A program made the translations under genes and the position numbers. DNA of 64,000 nt, from contig CANRMP010000001.1 in the NCBI GenBank assembly GCA_947631765.1, forward strand, positions 242,766 to 306,765, read 5' to 3'. Source of the stretch: an uncultured Clostridia bacterium (GTDB taxonomy: Bacteria > Bacillota > Clostridia > Oscillospirales > CAG-272). Position 1 is the stretch's first letter. Each line of letters opens with the position of its first letter. Below the pieces are notes generated by a model. It was given only the letters and a program-made list of their open reading frames with translations, was not told the DNA's origin and made no database searches. Shown piece after piece: positions 56,727 through 64,000 of the stretch.

Positions 56727-57989
56727 TTATTCGCCGAGCTTGAACACGTCGGCGCCGACTGCTGACAGCTTACCCACAATATCCACGTATCCGCGCTCTA
56801 TGACCTCGACTCCGGCTATTTCGGTTCGCCCCGAGGCGCCAAGCGCCGCAATTATCATTGCTGCTCCCGCCCTTATGTCAATTGCTCGCACAGCCGCGCC
56901 GGTAAGCGAGAGAGGACGACCTTTTATTGTTGCGTTTCTTCCCGAAACGTCGATATTTGCGCCCATGCATCGCAGCTCGTCGATATATCTGAATCGGTTG
57001 TCCCAAACTCCCTCGGAAATATGGCTGACTCCGTTTGCATAGCAAAGAGCGGCGGCAAACTGGGGCTGCATATCTGTCGGAAAGCCCGGATAGGGAAGGG
57101 TTTTTATGTTGCAGGAGGAAAGCTCGCCCTCTCTTGAGACAATTACATAATCATCCATCTCTTCAACCGTTACGTTCATTTCAAGCAGCTTTGCCGATAT
57201 GGACTCAAGGTGCTTTGGGATAATGTTGTTGATTTTGACCCTGCCTCCCGCGACTGCCGCGGCGACCATATAGGTCCCCGCCTCGATCATGTCGGGAACT
57301 ATTGTATAATTTGAGCCGTGAAGCTCCTTAACGCCCGTTATTTTTATGGTGTCTGTCCCCGCGCCGCTTATTTGCGCGCCGCAGGTGTTGAGAAAGTTTG
57401 CAAGGTCGACTATATGCGGCTCTCTTGCCGCGCTCTCGATTATTGTCACTCCTTCGGTTTTTACAGCCGCAAGAATAACGTTGACGGTAGCTCCTACAGA
57501 TACAACGTCAAAAAAGACGTTTGCGCCCGACAGACCGTTTGGCGCTTCGATGTCTATGTAACCGCCCGAGACGTTTACCTTGGCGCCCAGTGACTCAAAC
57601 CCTTTTATGTGCTGGTCGATAGGTCTCATTCCGAAATCGTCCCCGCCGGGATAACAGACGTGCGCTGTCCCGAATCTCCCGAGCTGTGCGCCCATGAGAT
57701 AATATGAGGCTCTCATCTGCCGCACAAGCTCCATAGGCGGCTCGCAAAGACTTATATCCGTTGTGTCTATTTCAACGCAGGAGCTGTTTATAATATCCAC
57801 CTTTGCGCCGAGATGCTTTAGAATTTGAAGAGACAGCATAACGTCGTTCACAAAAGGAATATTGTCAACAGTGCATTTTCCGTTTATCAACAATGTGGAA
57901 TAAACAATAGGGAGCGCGGAATTTTTCATACCGCTTATTTCAATTTCCCCGCCGAGCCTTTTCATTCCATTAATAACTATTTTTTTCAT
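56727..57989 (-). CDS. murA: UDP-N-acetylglucosamine 1-carboxyvinyltransferase MurA (Asp variant at the fosfomycin-target position)
   Basis: 420 aa. 'ISGMKNSALPI' (Lys22 region). The active-site loop reads 'YPGGDDFGMRPID', where Cys-type enzymes have 'PGGCxIGxRPVD'. Confidence 0.95.
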   Translation of the reverse strand: MKKIVINGMKRLGGEIEISGMKNSALPIVYSTLLINGKCTVDNIPFVNDVMLSLQILKHLGAKVDIINSSCVEIDTTDISLCEPPMELVRQMRASYYLMGAQLGRFGTAHVCYPGGDDFGMRPIDQHIKGFESLGAKVNVSGGYIDIEAPNGLSGANVFFDVVSVGATVNVILAAVKTEGVTIIESAAREPHIVDLANFLNTCGAQISGAGTDTIKITGVKELHGSNYTIVPDMIEAGTYMVAAAVAGGRVKINNIIPKHLESISAKLLEMNVTVEEMDDYVIVSREGELSSCNIKTLPYPGFPTDMQPQFAAALCYANGVSHISEGVWDNRFRYIDELRCMGANIDVSGRNATIKGRPLSLTGAAVRAIDIRAGAAMIIAALGASGRTEIAGVEVIERGYVDIVGKLSAVGADVFKLGE

Positions 57990-58220
57990 CTATTCTATAT
58001 TGTAAGTCCCGTGGGACCTCTCCGTACGTAATATCAAATGTCTTTATAGCGGCGTTATAACACTCCGCGTATTGATTGTCTGTTTTTATTGTAACACCGA
58101 TATATGAACTCAATGTAAATACAGCGACATAATATGATCCCGTGAAAAAAATTTTGTCGGTCGCCGCACTTTAATAACTCTAATATTAATATAATATTCG
58201 AAATATCAAAAAAGTTGAAA

Positions 58221-59387
58221 TCAGTCGTCAAGGGTGTGATAGTATGCCACGGCAAGGTCGACCACAAGCCCGTAGCTTCGGGTTCCCGCACTTTGCCCCT
58301 GTGACTGCAAATAGGTGTCGTTTATTGTTCCGCTGACGCTTGCCGCCACATTTTCGCGGTACTTTTCGTAAAAATCCGAATATGCGTAAAACTCGCCGAC
58401 AACTTTTTTGTCAAGCGTTTTATAAAAATCAATGTAAAGGGAGGAGTCTGCTTCTGAAAGCGCGCTCATGCAGTATTCAAGCATATTTACATATCCGCTG
58501 TACTGAATATACGGGTCATCCGATTTCATGCAGGCGAGAAAAGCCACAAAGTTCGCCTCGTTTTCGGGAGCCGTGCCGCGCTGGTGCGCCAGCTCGTGGG
58601 CGGCGGTAAAGGGAAGCGTGTAGTCGGGAAAATTGACGTTGAGATTTGCCTCGCCGGTGTAGAAGGTGTAAACTCCCGAAATATGAGTATAGGTCATAGG
58701 CTCGCTCAAAATAACATACTTGAGATTTGAGCGCAGCTTTGATATGAATTTATATTCTTTTGCAAGCTCCGAATATGCGTCGTTGAGCTTCTCGCACATT
58801 GTGTCAAGAGAGTAGGGCATATGTGAGAAGCCGTCATTGCCGTATGACACCTTGTCGGTATAATTTTCGATCTTGGAGGAAAGCCAAAGCGAGGTGTCGT
58901 AAAGCTCGGAGGCACTCACGTCCTTTTGCTCAAGCTCAAGCTTATTTGCAAGGGTGGTTCCGCGATAACCGGGAGCAAGGGTGAGAACAAAGAGGGAATA
59001 GAAGGTGCAAAGCACGGAAAGAAGAAAGCAAAGATATCTTGTGTATCCTTTTTTGTGCTCCTCCTTGCAAAAATAGGCGCAAAAGTAAAATAGCACAAAG
59101 ACAATAATCGGAAGCAGCATAACAACCATTTCCGCAAGAGAAAAGGGGAAAAAATTTGTAATTTGCGCCAAAGCCCATCGAACCGCAGAATTAGGATATC
59201 TTATCATAAAGTCGGCAAAGGCGGGTATAAAGCCCGAAATAATATGAAGCAGTGCGCAAAGCGCGGCAACAGAAAGGAATACGCGAAAATAGCGCGGCGT
59301 GGAGCGAAACCACTGCGCGGCGTCATGGGGGAATTTTTTTATTTTGTCCTTGAATTTGATTTTTTGTTTTTCCGTTTCGTTGTTCAT
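58221..59387 (-). CDS. DUF3810-like membrane zinc-metallopeptidase-like protein
   Basis: N-terminal TM segments and a 'HELAHQRG' zincin motif. The start overlaps the upstream rluA-family stop. Confidence 0.6.
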   Translation of the reverse strand: MNNETEKQKIKFKDKIKKFPHDAAQWFRSTPRYFRVFLSVAALCALLHIISGFIPAFADFMIRYPNSAVRWALAQITNFFPFSLAEMVVMLLPIIVFVLFYFCAYFCKEEHKKGYTRYLCFLLSVLCTFYSLFVLTLAPGYRGTTLANKLELEQKDVSASELYDTSLWLSSKIENYTDKVSYGNDGFSHMPYSLDTMCEKLNDAYSELAKEYKFISKLRSNLKYVILSEPMTYTHISGVYTFYTGEANLNVNFPDYTLPFTAAHELAHQRGTAPENEANFVAFLACMKSDDPYIQYSGYVNMLEYCMSALSEADSSLYIDFYKTLDKKVVGEFYAYSDFYEKYRENVAASVSGTINDTYLQSQGQSAGTRSYGLVVDLAVAYYHTLDD

Positions 59388-60289
59388 GGGTGTAATTCCT
59401 TTCTGCCAAGTAAAGATAAAATATCATCGGGAACAGGAGCGCTTACCGTCATTTTTTCTCCCGAGGAAGGATGAATAAAGCTTATTGAAAAGGCGTGCAG
59501 CGCCTGACGGGAAATTTGCGGCGAGGGTATGGAATAAAGGCTGTCGCCGACTATCGGGTGCCCCACAGAGGCAAAATGGACTCTGAGCTGATGGGTTCTT
59601 CCGGTTTTCGGCTCGCACTCGACAATAGACATGTTATTTTCATATCCGATAAGCCTGTATTCGGTTTTTGCGTATTTTGCGCCTTCTTCGTCCTTTTCGC
59701 AAACGCACCTTGTAATTATGCTGTTTTGCGTTCTGCGAATGTATCCTTCAATTGTCCCGCATTCGGGCAAAATGCGCCCGGAGAGTACAGCGATATATTT
59801 TTTACAAATAAGCCCCAAGGCAAGCTGCTCAGAGAGCGCTCCCGCGCTTTTGCGGTTTTTTGCAATAATGCAAACGCCGCTTGTGTCCCTGTCAAGGCGG
59901 TTGACGCTTCGAAAGACAAAGGGCACGTCCCGATAGTAATATGCAAGCGCGTTTGCAAGAGTGTCCCTTGTATGCCCTCTTGAAATGTGAGTCGGCATTT
60001 TGCCGGGCTTATTCGGGATAACAATGTCCTCATCCTCATATAAAATCGAAAGCTCGTGAAAAACCGGCTCGATATACGGGTTGACCTCCTCGGGCAGGTC
60101 CTCGCACATAAGCGAGAGCAGGCTGCCCTCACAAAGCAGGGCGCGAACCGTCACGCGTCTGCCGTCAAGCGTTATTCCGTTTTCAAGCCTTTTGAGGCGG
60201 GAGATCGCGCGGTGAGACAAGTTAAGCCTTTTTGTGAGATAGCAAAGCACGGTTGTCCCGGCGTCTGAGGCGCCGATAATAATATCCAT
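59384..60289 (-). CDS. RluA-family pseudouridine synthase
   Basis: 'NRLDRDTSGVCIIAK' and 'GRTHQLRVHF'. 301 aa. Confidence 0.85.
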   Translation of the reverse strand: MDIIIGASDAGTTVLCYLTKRLNLSHRAISRLKRLENGITLDGRRVTVRALLCEGSLLSLMCEDLPEEVNPYIEPVFHELSILYEDEDIVIPNKPGKMPTHISRGHTRDTLANALAYYYRDVPFVFRSVNRLDRDTSGVCIIAKNRKSAGALSEQLALGLICKKYIAVLSGRILPECGTIEGYIRRTQNSIITRCVCEKDEEGAKYAKTEYRLIGYENNMSIVECEPKTGRTHQLRVHFASVGHPIVGDSLYSIPSPQISRQALHAFSISFIHPSSGEKMTVSAPVPDDILSLLGRKELHP

Positions 60290-60454
60290 AAGTAAACACG
60301 TCCGAATTTACAGTATACGTCTTCTCAATTATAACCTAAAAATATAACCAATACAATAATTTTTTATTAATTTACCGTAAGAATGTATAAAAGTTTCCCG
60401 CTTTGTAAAAATTATTATCTGAAAAACCCATAAAACAAAAAAGGAAGGTATGTC

Positions 60455-61744
60455 ATGAAAAAGAAAGCTTTAATACTCGTTACGGTTCTGCTGCTCCTAT
60501 TTACCACGGGAGTCGGTGTATTTGCCTCGTCAAATAAGCTCTCATACGGGCTCGACGTCATAGCAAACGATATGGAAATTGCCAAGAGCGGAACGCTTGG
60601 CAGGGAGGTCAGCTTTAAGGCTGAGGATTTTGAAGAAGCCCTCGGGGTGAATAAGATTGCAAGTATTACAATTCTCACATTGCCGGAGGGAGAGTGCGGC
60701 GAGCTCAGACTTTCGGGTATTCCCGTAATGAAAAATCAAATTATTTCAAGAAAGAGCATAGAAAAGCTGAAGTTCATTCCGACCGGTGAAAACGGCTTTG
60801 AGACTTCTTTTGTGGCGGGAAGCGTCAGCACCTCACAGCCCCTTGCCATAAAGTGCAAAATAACAATAGCAAACGCCGACGGCAGTGCGCCCGAGGTTGA
60901 AGACGCCGAAAAGCTTGAAGGAGTGGAGACCATTGAGGGAGTGGCGTGCTATTCTTATCTTGCAAAGGGCGGCGCGCCCGAGGACGTTATGCGCTATCGG
61001 ATTATTTCATATCCCGAAAACGGAACAATAAAGCTTATTGACGCTTCGGGCGGTTACTATTGCTACAAGCCGATAGAAGGCTTTACGGGTAAGGACAGCT
61101 TCACTTATATTGTGACCGATGAGTTCGGCAAAAATCCCAAAGAAATGACTGTTGAAATTGACGTGCGTGAAAGTCTTACCGATATAAAGTATTTTGATAT
61201 GGACGAAAACAGCGCGCATCTTGCGGCAATGATTCTTGCCGAAAGAGGAATTTTGACAGCAGATACGGTTTGCGGCGTTTCATACTTTAATCCGGAAGGC
61301 AAGGTACGGCGGGATGAATTTCTGGCAATGGTCATGAAAGCCGCGGGAGTTGAGGTAGAGTATAACCCCAAAGCAAGGACCGCCTTTGCGGACGATAGCA
61401 GTATACCCGAACACTTAAAAAGCTATATTGCTTACGCCGAGGAAAAAGGGTACGTTACCGGTATGAAGCTTAAAGGCGACACGGTGTTCAGCCCCGCAAC
61501 GAATATCACAACGGCTCAGGCGGCGCTCATGATATACAACATCCTTGAAATGGAGCCGACGGGAGAATGTGAGGTGTTTGCCGACGGGGACAGCATACCC
61601 GACTGGGCAAAGGAAGCCCTTGCCACCACGGCAAGCGCAGGCATAATCGACACAAATAGCTATAACGGACATTCAAGCGCGATAACACGCGCCGAGGCTG
61701 CCCAAATGCTGCTTTCCGTGCTTGAATATTGCGAAAAACAATAA
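60455..61744 (+). CDS. Cell-surface protein with Ig/cadherin-like region and three C-terminal SLH domains
   Basis: Signal peptide 'MKKKALILVTVLLLLFTTGVGVFA'. 'GTIKLIDASGGYYCYKPIEGFTGKDSFTYIVTD' (cadherin-like/VCBS-type). SLH-like 'FDMDENSAHLAAMILAERGIL', 'FADDSSIPEHLKSYIAYAEEKGYV', 'FADGDSIPDWAKEAL'. Confidence 0.8.
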   Translation: MKKKALILVTVLLLLFTTGVGVFASSNKLSYGLDVIANDMEIAKSGTLGREVSFKAEDFEEALGVNKIASITILTLPEGECGELRLSGIPVMKNQIISRKSIEKLKFIPTGENGFETSFVAGSVSTSQPLAIKCKITIANADGSAPEVEDAEKLEGVETIEGVACYSYLAKGGAPEDVMRYRIISYPENGTIKLIDASGGYYCYKPIEGFTGKDSFTYIVTDEFGKNPKEMTVEIDVRESLTDIKYFDMDENSAHLAAMILAERGILTADTVCGVSYFNPEGKVRRDEFLAMVMKAAGVEVEYNPKARTAFADDSSIPEHLKSYIAYAEEKGYVTGMKLKGDTVFSPATNITTAQAALMIYNILEMEPTGECEVFADGDSIPDWAKEALATTASAGIIDTNSYNGHSSAITRAEAAQMLLSVLEYCEKQ

Positions 61745-61761
61745 AAAACCGCAAATAAGCT

Positions 61762-61788
61762 GTCCGCACTCTTAAAAAGGGTGCGGAC
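61762..61788. terminator. Hairpin between convergent SLH and esterase genes
   Basis: GTCCGCAC / GTGCGGAC (8 bp) with an 11-nt loop. No clean T-run. Confidence 0.4.
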
Positions 61789-61819
61789 CTGCTTTGTGCG
61801 CCCGAATTTGCGCTTGGTT

Positions 61820-62602
61820 TTATTTTAGTTTCATAAAGAAATCTATGGCTTTTATAATCTGCTCGTCCCAGTATTTCCATGAATGGTCGCCCGGTCCCTC
61901 ACTGTATGTTACATCATACCCGAATGAGGCAAGATACCTTGACGCTTCTCTTGACTCGCCAAGAAGAAAATCTTCGGTGCCGCACCACATATAGATTGCG
62001 GGCAGGGGTCCTCCTTTTTCGGCTGCGGTTTTTGCAAGATAGCGAATGTCGTTTTGCGAGTTTTTGACGCTCTCGGCGTCCCCGAAAATGCTCTCCCAAT
62101 AGGGCTTCATATGTTCAGGAGCCTCTTTTACGCGTCTGTAAACGTCAATGGCTCCCGAAAATGAAGCAATGCCGGCAAAGCCGTCGGGGTTTGAAAGTCC
62201 CATTTTAAGCGCGCCGTACCCGCCCATTGAAAGACCCGCCACAAAGTTGTCCTCCCGCTTGTCGCTCATTCCGTTAAAGAAGGAACGACAGAGCGCGGGC
62301 AGCTCTTTTGTTATGTAGGTCATATACGCTCCGCCATATTTCATATCGGTGTACCAGCTTCTGTGAGCATTGGGCATAACGACCGCCAAATTTTTGTCCG
62401 AAACATATCTTTCGATTGAGGTTCTCCTTTGCCAAATTGTGTGGTCGTCGGAGAGCCCGTGGAGCAGGTAAAGAGTTTTGAAGGTGTCGCCCCGCTCGGT
62501 TTTCATTCCTATGAGGGACGCGCTTTTTTGAGGCAGTATTACGTCGGCGTTGACGCACATTCCGAGCGCCTCAGAGAAAAAATCCATATGAATAAGTGCC
62601 AT
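61820..62602 (-). CDS. Esterase D / CE1-like serine esterase
   Basis: 'LYLLHGLSDD', nucleophile elbow 'GLSMGGYGA', C-terminal 'GPGDHSW'. ATG 62602 lies 9 nt after AAAGGA (the track start is GTG 62620). Confidence 0.8.
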   Translation of the reverse strand: MALIHMDFFSEALGMCVNADVILPQKSASLIGMKTERGDTFKTLYLLHGLSDDHTIWQRRTSIERYVSDKNLAVVMPNAHRSWYTDMKYGGAYMTYITKELPALCRSFFNGMSDKREDNFVAGLSMGGYGALKMGLSNPDGFAGIASFSGAIDVYRRVKEAPEHMKPYWESIFGDAESVKNSQNDIRYLAKTAAEKGGPLPAIYMWCGTEDFLLGESREASRYLASFGYDVTYSEGPGDHSWKYWDEQIIKAIDFFMKLK

Positions 62603-62799
62603 AAGAGTATTTCCTTTCACAGTTTGTTCTATGTCTCTATTTTATCATATACCGACTAAAAATGCAAGCACGGCTCCCGCTTTTTTGCGACGCATATCAA
62701 AAAAACGCCTTTACAAAGCTGCGCCGGCAAGCACAAGCGGCGATTCACACGACAAATTATAGGAAATTTGTTTGATTTTAAAAAAATAATATAAAACAC

Positions 62800-62828
62800 T
62801 TGACTTTTTTCAAAAAAGAATATAATAT
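62800..62828 (+). promoter_or_regulatory. Promoter candidate of an orphan short transcription unit
   Basis: TTGACT (62800-62805), then TATAAT (62821-62826, 15-nt spacer) or TAATAT (62823-62828, 17-nt spacer). Confidence 0.4.
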
Positions 62829-62839
62829 ATGAAGAATTT

Positions 62840-63019
62840 GTGAACGATTCGAAGTATACCGCGTTCTCCGCGTTTTTATCGGATGATCCGGAAGTGTTCG
62901 GCGCTGCGGTGCAGAATATAAAGGACAAAGCCGCCGCGTTAAATGCGATTGACTTATTTTATTTACTGATAAGCTTGCCGGAAGGGTCAAAGCCCTTCCG
63001 GTTTTTCGGCGTTTTTTGA
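62840..63019 (+). CDS. Unannotated 59-codon ORF (uncertain; alternative is a non-coding RNA or leader)
   Basis: GTG 62840 to TGA 63017-63019, hand-translated as VNDSKYTAFSAFLSDDPEVFGAAVQNIKDKAAALNAIDLFYLLISLPEGSKPFRFFGVF. No convincing SD. The 3' end is encoded by a terminator hairpin. Confidence 0.25.
   Translation: MNDSKYTAFSAFLSDDPEVFGAAVQNIKDKAAALNAIDLFYLLISLPEGSKPFRFFGVF
62978..63006 (+). terminator. Rho-independent terminator upstream of argS
   Basis: CCGGAAGGG (62978-62986) / CCCTTCCGG (62993-63001) with a 6-nt loop, followed by TTTTT. Confidence 0.65.
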
Positions 63020-63058
63020 TTTATGACGCTATTTTCCGAAAAATCTTCCTTTCTGCTA

Positions 63059-63087
63059 TTGCATGTGAGAAAAATTTGTGGTACAAT
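63059..63087 (+). promoter_or_regulatory. Sigma-A-type promoter candidate for argS
   Basis: TTGCAT (63059-63064), 17-nt spacer, TGgTACAAT (extended -10, 63082-63087). Confidence 0.45.
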
Positions 63088-63122
63088 AATAAAAATTTAA
63101 GCGTTTGAAAAAGGAAAATAAA

Positions 63123-64000
63123 ATGCAGGCATTAAAAAAACAGATTTCAGCGGGCATTTCTTCTGTCATTTCAAAGCTTTACGGCGTAAATGACAGTCTG
63201 TCCTCCGATATATATATGATGCTTGAGTATCCTCCCGACAAGGACATGGGCGATTTGGCGTTACCTTGCTTTAAGTTTGCAAAGCTGCTTCATAAATCTC
63301 CCGCGATAATTGCCCAAAGCATCGCACAGTCCCTGTCACTGCCCGGAGTTATAGAAAAGGTAAGGGCGGTAAACGGTTATCTCAACATAAATATTTCACC
63401 GGAGTACTATTCAAAAAAGGTGATTTGCGAAATACTCGAAAAGGGAAGCGACTACGGAAAAAGCGACATCGGCAAGGGCAAAACCGTCGTTATCGATTAT
63501 TCCTCGCCAAATATTTGCAAGCCCTTTCATATAGGACACCTCGGCACCACGGTCATAGGTCATTCGATAAAGCTGCTTCATGAGTTTGCCGGTTACAAAT
63601 GCATCGGTATAAATTATCTTGGCGACTGGGGCACGCAGTTCGGAAAGCTCATTACCGCGTACCGACTTTGGGGCAGTCGCGAGGAGGTGGAAAAGGGCGG
63701 AATAGATATTCTTGTCGACCTTTACGTCAGGTTCCACAATGAGGCTGAAAAGGACCCGACTCTTAACGATAAGGCAAGAGAAGAGTTTCACAAGCTTGAA
63801 ACGGGGGATAAGGAGAACACCGAGCTTTGGAAATGGTTTAAGGAAATATCGCTTGCCGAGTACGAAAAGACCTACAAACAGCTTGATATAAGCTTTGATT
63901 CGTATAACGGAGAGTCCTTTTACACCGACAAAATGCCCGAGCAGGTCGAGATTTTAAGGCAAAAGAACCTTCTTAAAATCGACGACGGCGCGGCAATTGT
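63123..64000 (+). CDS. argS: Arginyl-tRNA synthetase (3'-truncated by window edge)
   Basis: Hand translation from ATG 63123 gives 'MQALKKQISAGISSVISKLYG...'. It has the class I HIGH motif 'SSPNICKPFHIGHLGTTVIG' and 'GDWGTQFGKL'. The ORF stays open to nt 64000 and is absent from the track because no stop is reached. Confidence 0.93.
   Translation, partial: MQALKKQISAGISSVISKLYGVNDSLSSDIYMMLEYPPDKDMGDLALPCFKFAKLLHKSPAIIAQSIAQSLSLPGVIEKVRAVNGYLNINISPEYYSKKVICEILEKGSDYGKSDIGKGKTVVIDYSSPNICKPFHIGHLGTTVIGHSIKLLHEFAGYKCIGINYLGDWGTQFGKLITAYRLWGSREEVEKGGIDILVDLYVRFHNEAEKDPTLNDKAREEFHKLETGDKENTELWKWFKEISLAEYEKTYKQLDISFDSYNGESFYTDKMPEQVEILRQKNLLKIDDGAAI

Noticed and set aside
62829-62843. ATG-initiated mini-ORF (MKNL-stop) at the start of the orphan unit
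   Set aside because: It has only four codons and no SD, so it is most likely a chance occurrence.
62923-62938. Resemblance of 'GGACAAAGCCGCCGCG' to the guanidine-III (ykkC-III) riboswitch 3' segment
   Set aside because: The remaining conserved elements (the ACGR-containing 5' part and the pseudoknot geometry) are not evident. The downstream gene (argS, with its own promoter) is not a typical guanidine-riboswitch target.
62640-63010. A T-box riboswitch controlling argS
   Set aside because: A terminator is present. However, I could not find the conserved T-box sequence (..GGGTGGNACCGCG..) adjacent to it. The only 'ACCGCG' (about 62858-62863) lies ~30 nt after the putative promoter, leaving no room for Stem I or a specifier loop. 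An Rfam scan is still needed.

Overview
This 64-kb chromosomal window comes from a Gram-positive Firmicute, most likely a Clostridia (Oscillospiraceae/Ruminococcaceae-like) anaerobe. That assignment is inferred from gene order, PASTA-containing PBP, Ser46-type HPr, SLH and BspA-type LRR proteins. Most of the window is core housekeeping. On the minus strand at 0.5-8 kb lie gdpP-rplI-dnaB-tilS-ftsH. At 8-16.4 kb lie a flavin reductase, rimM-trmD, an O-antigen-ligase-like membrane protein with two DUF4330-like genes, ptsH, uvrC and rsmD-coaD. At 16.6-29.5 kb is a dcw cluster, mraZ-rsmH-ftsL-PBP-murE-murF-mraY-ftsW-murG-ftsQ-ftsZ, which lacks murD and ftsA. Further on are manA-proS, pncB, a FAS-II block (acpP-fabD-fabG-fabF-fabZ), thiamine diphosphokinase plus a HAD hydrolase, and DUF3343 plus a cysteine desulfurase. 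These are followed by rluA-DUF3810-murA-rluD-lnt (minus strand), an SLH protein, an esterase and the 5' part of argS. The accessory-looking genes are a BspA-type LRR lipoprotein, a 1101-aa fused ABC ATPase/FtsX permease, GH127-like and GH76-like glycoside hydrolases, and a small island of hypothetical membrane proteins. By reading the sequence I saw no rRNA, tRNA, CRISPR array, IS element or prophage. The best candidate for an undescribed system is the operon at 32.4-34.6 kb. It encodes a DUF5685-like protein with isoprenoid-synthase-like Asp-rich motifs. That gene is translationally coupled to a J-domain/TPR protein ending in a 10-Cys 'cysteine string' (...RCC), and a polytopic membrane protein follows. 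An extreme Asn/Gln/Ser-rich 79-aa gene sits immediately upstream. Other notable points are a MurA carrying Asp at the fosfomycin-target Cys position, an Lnt homologue in a Firmicute, an orphan promoter-terminator unit (or 59-codon ORF) upstream of argS, and a lipase-3-like protein lacking the nucleophile Ser. All family names come from motif recognition and memory, not database searches.
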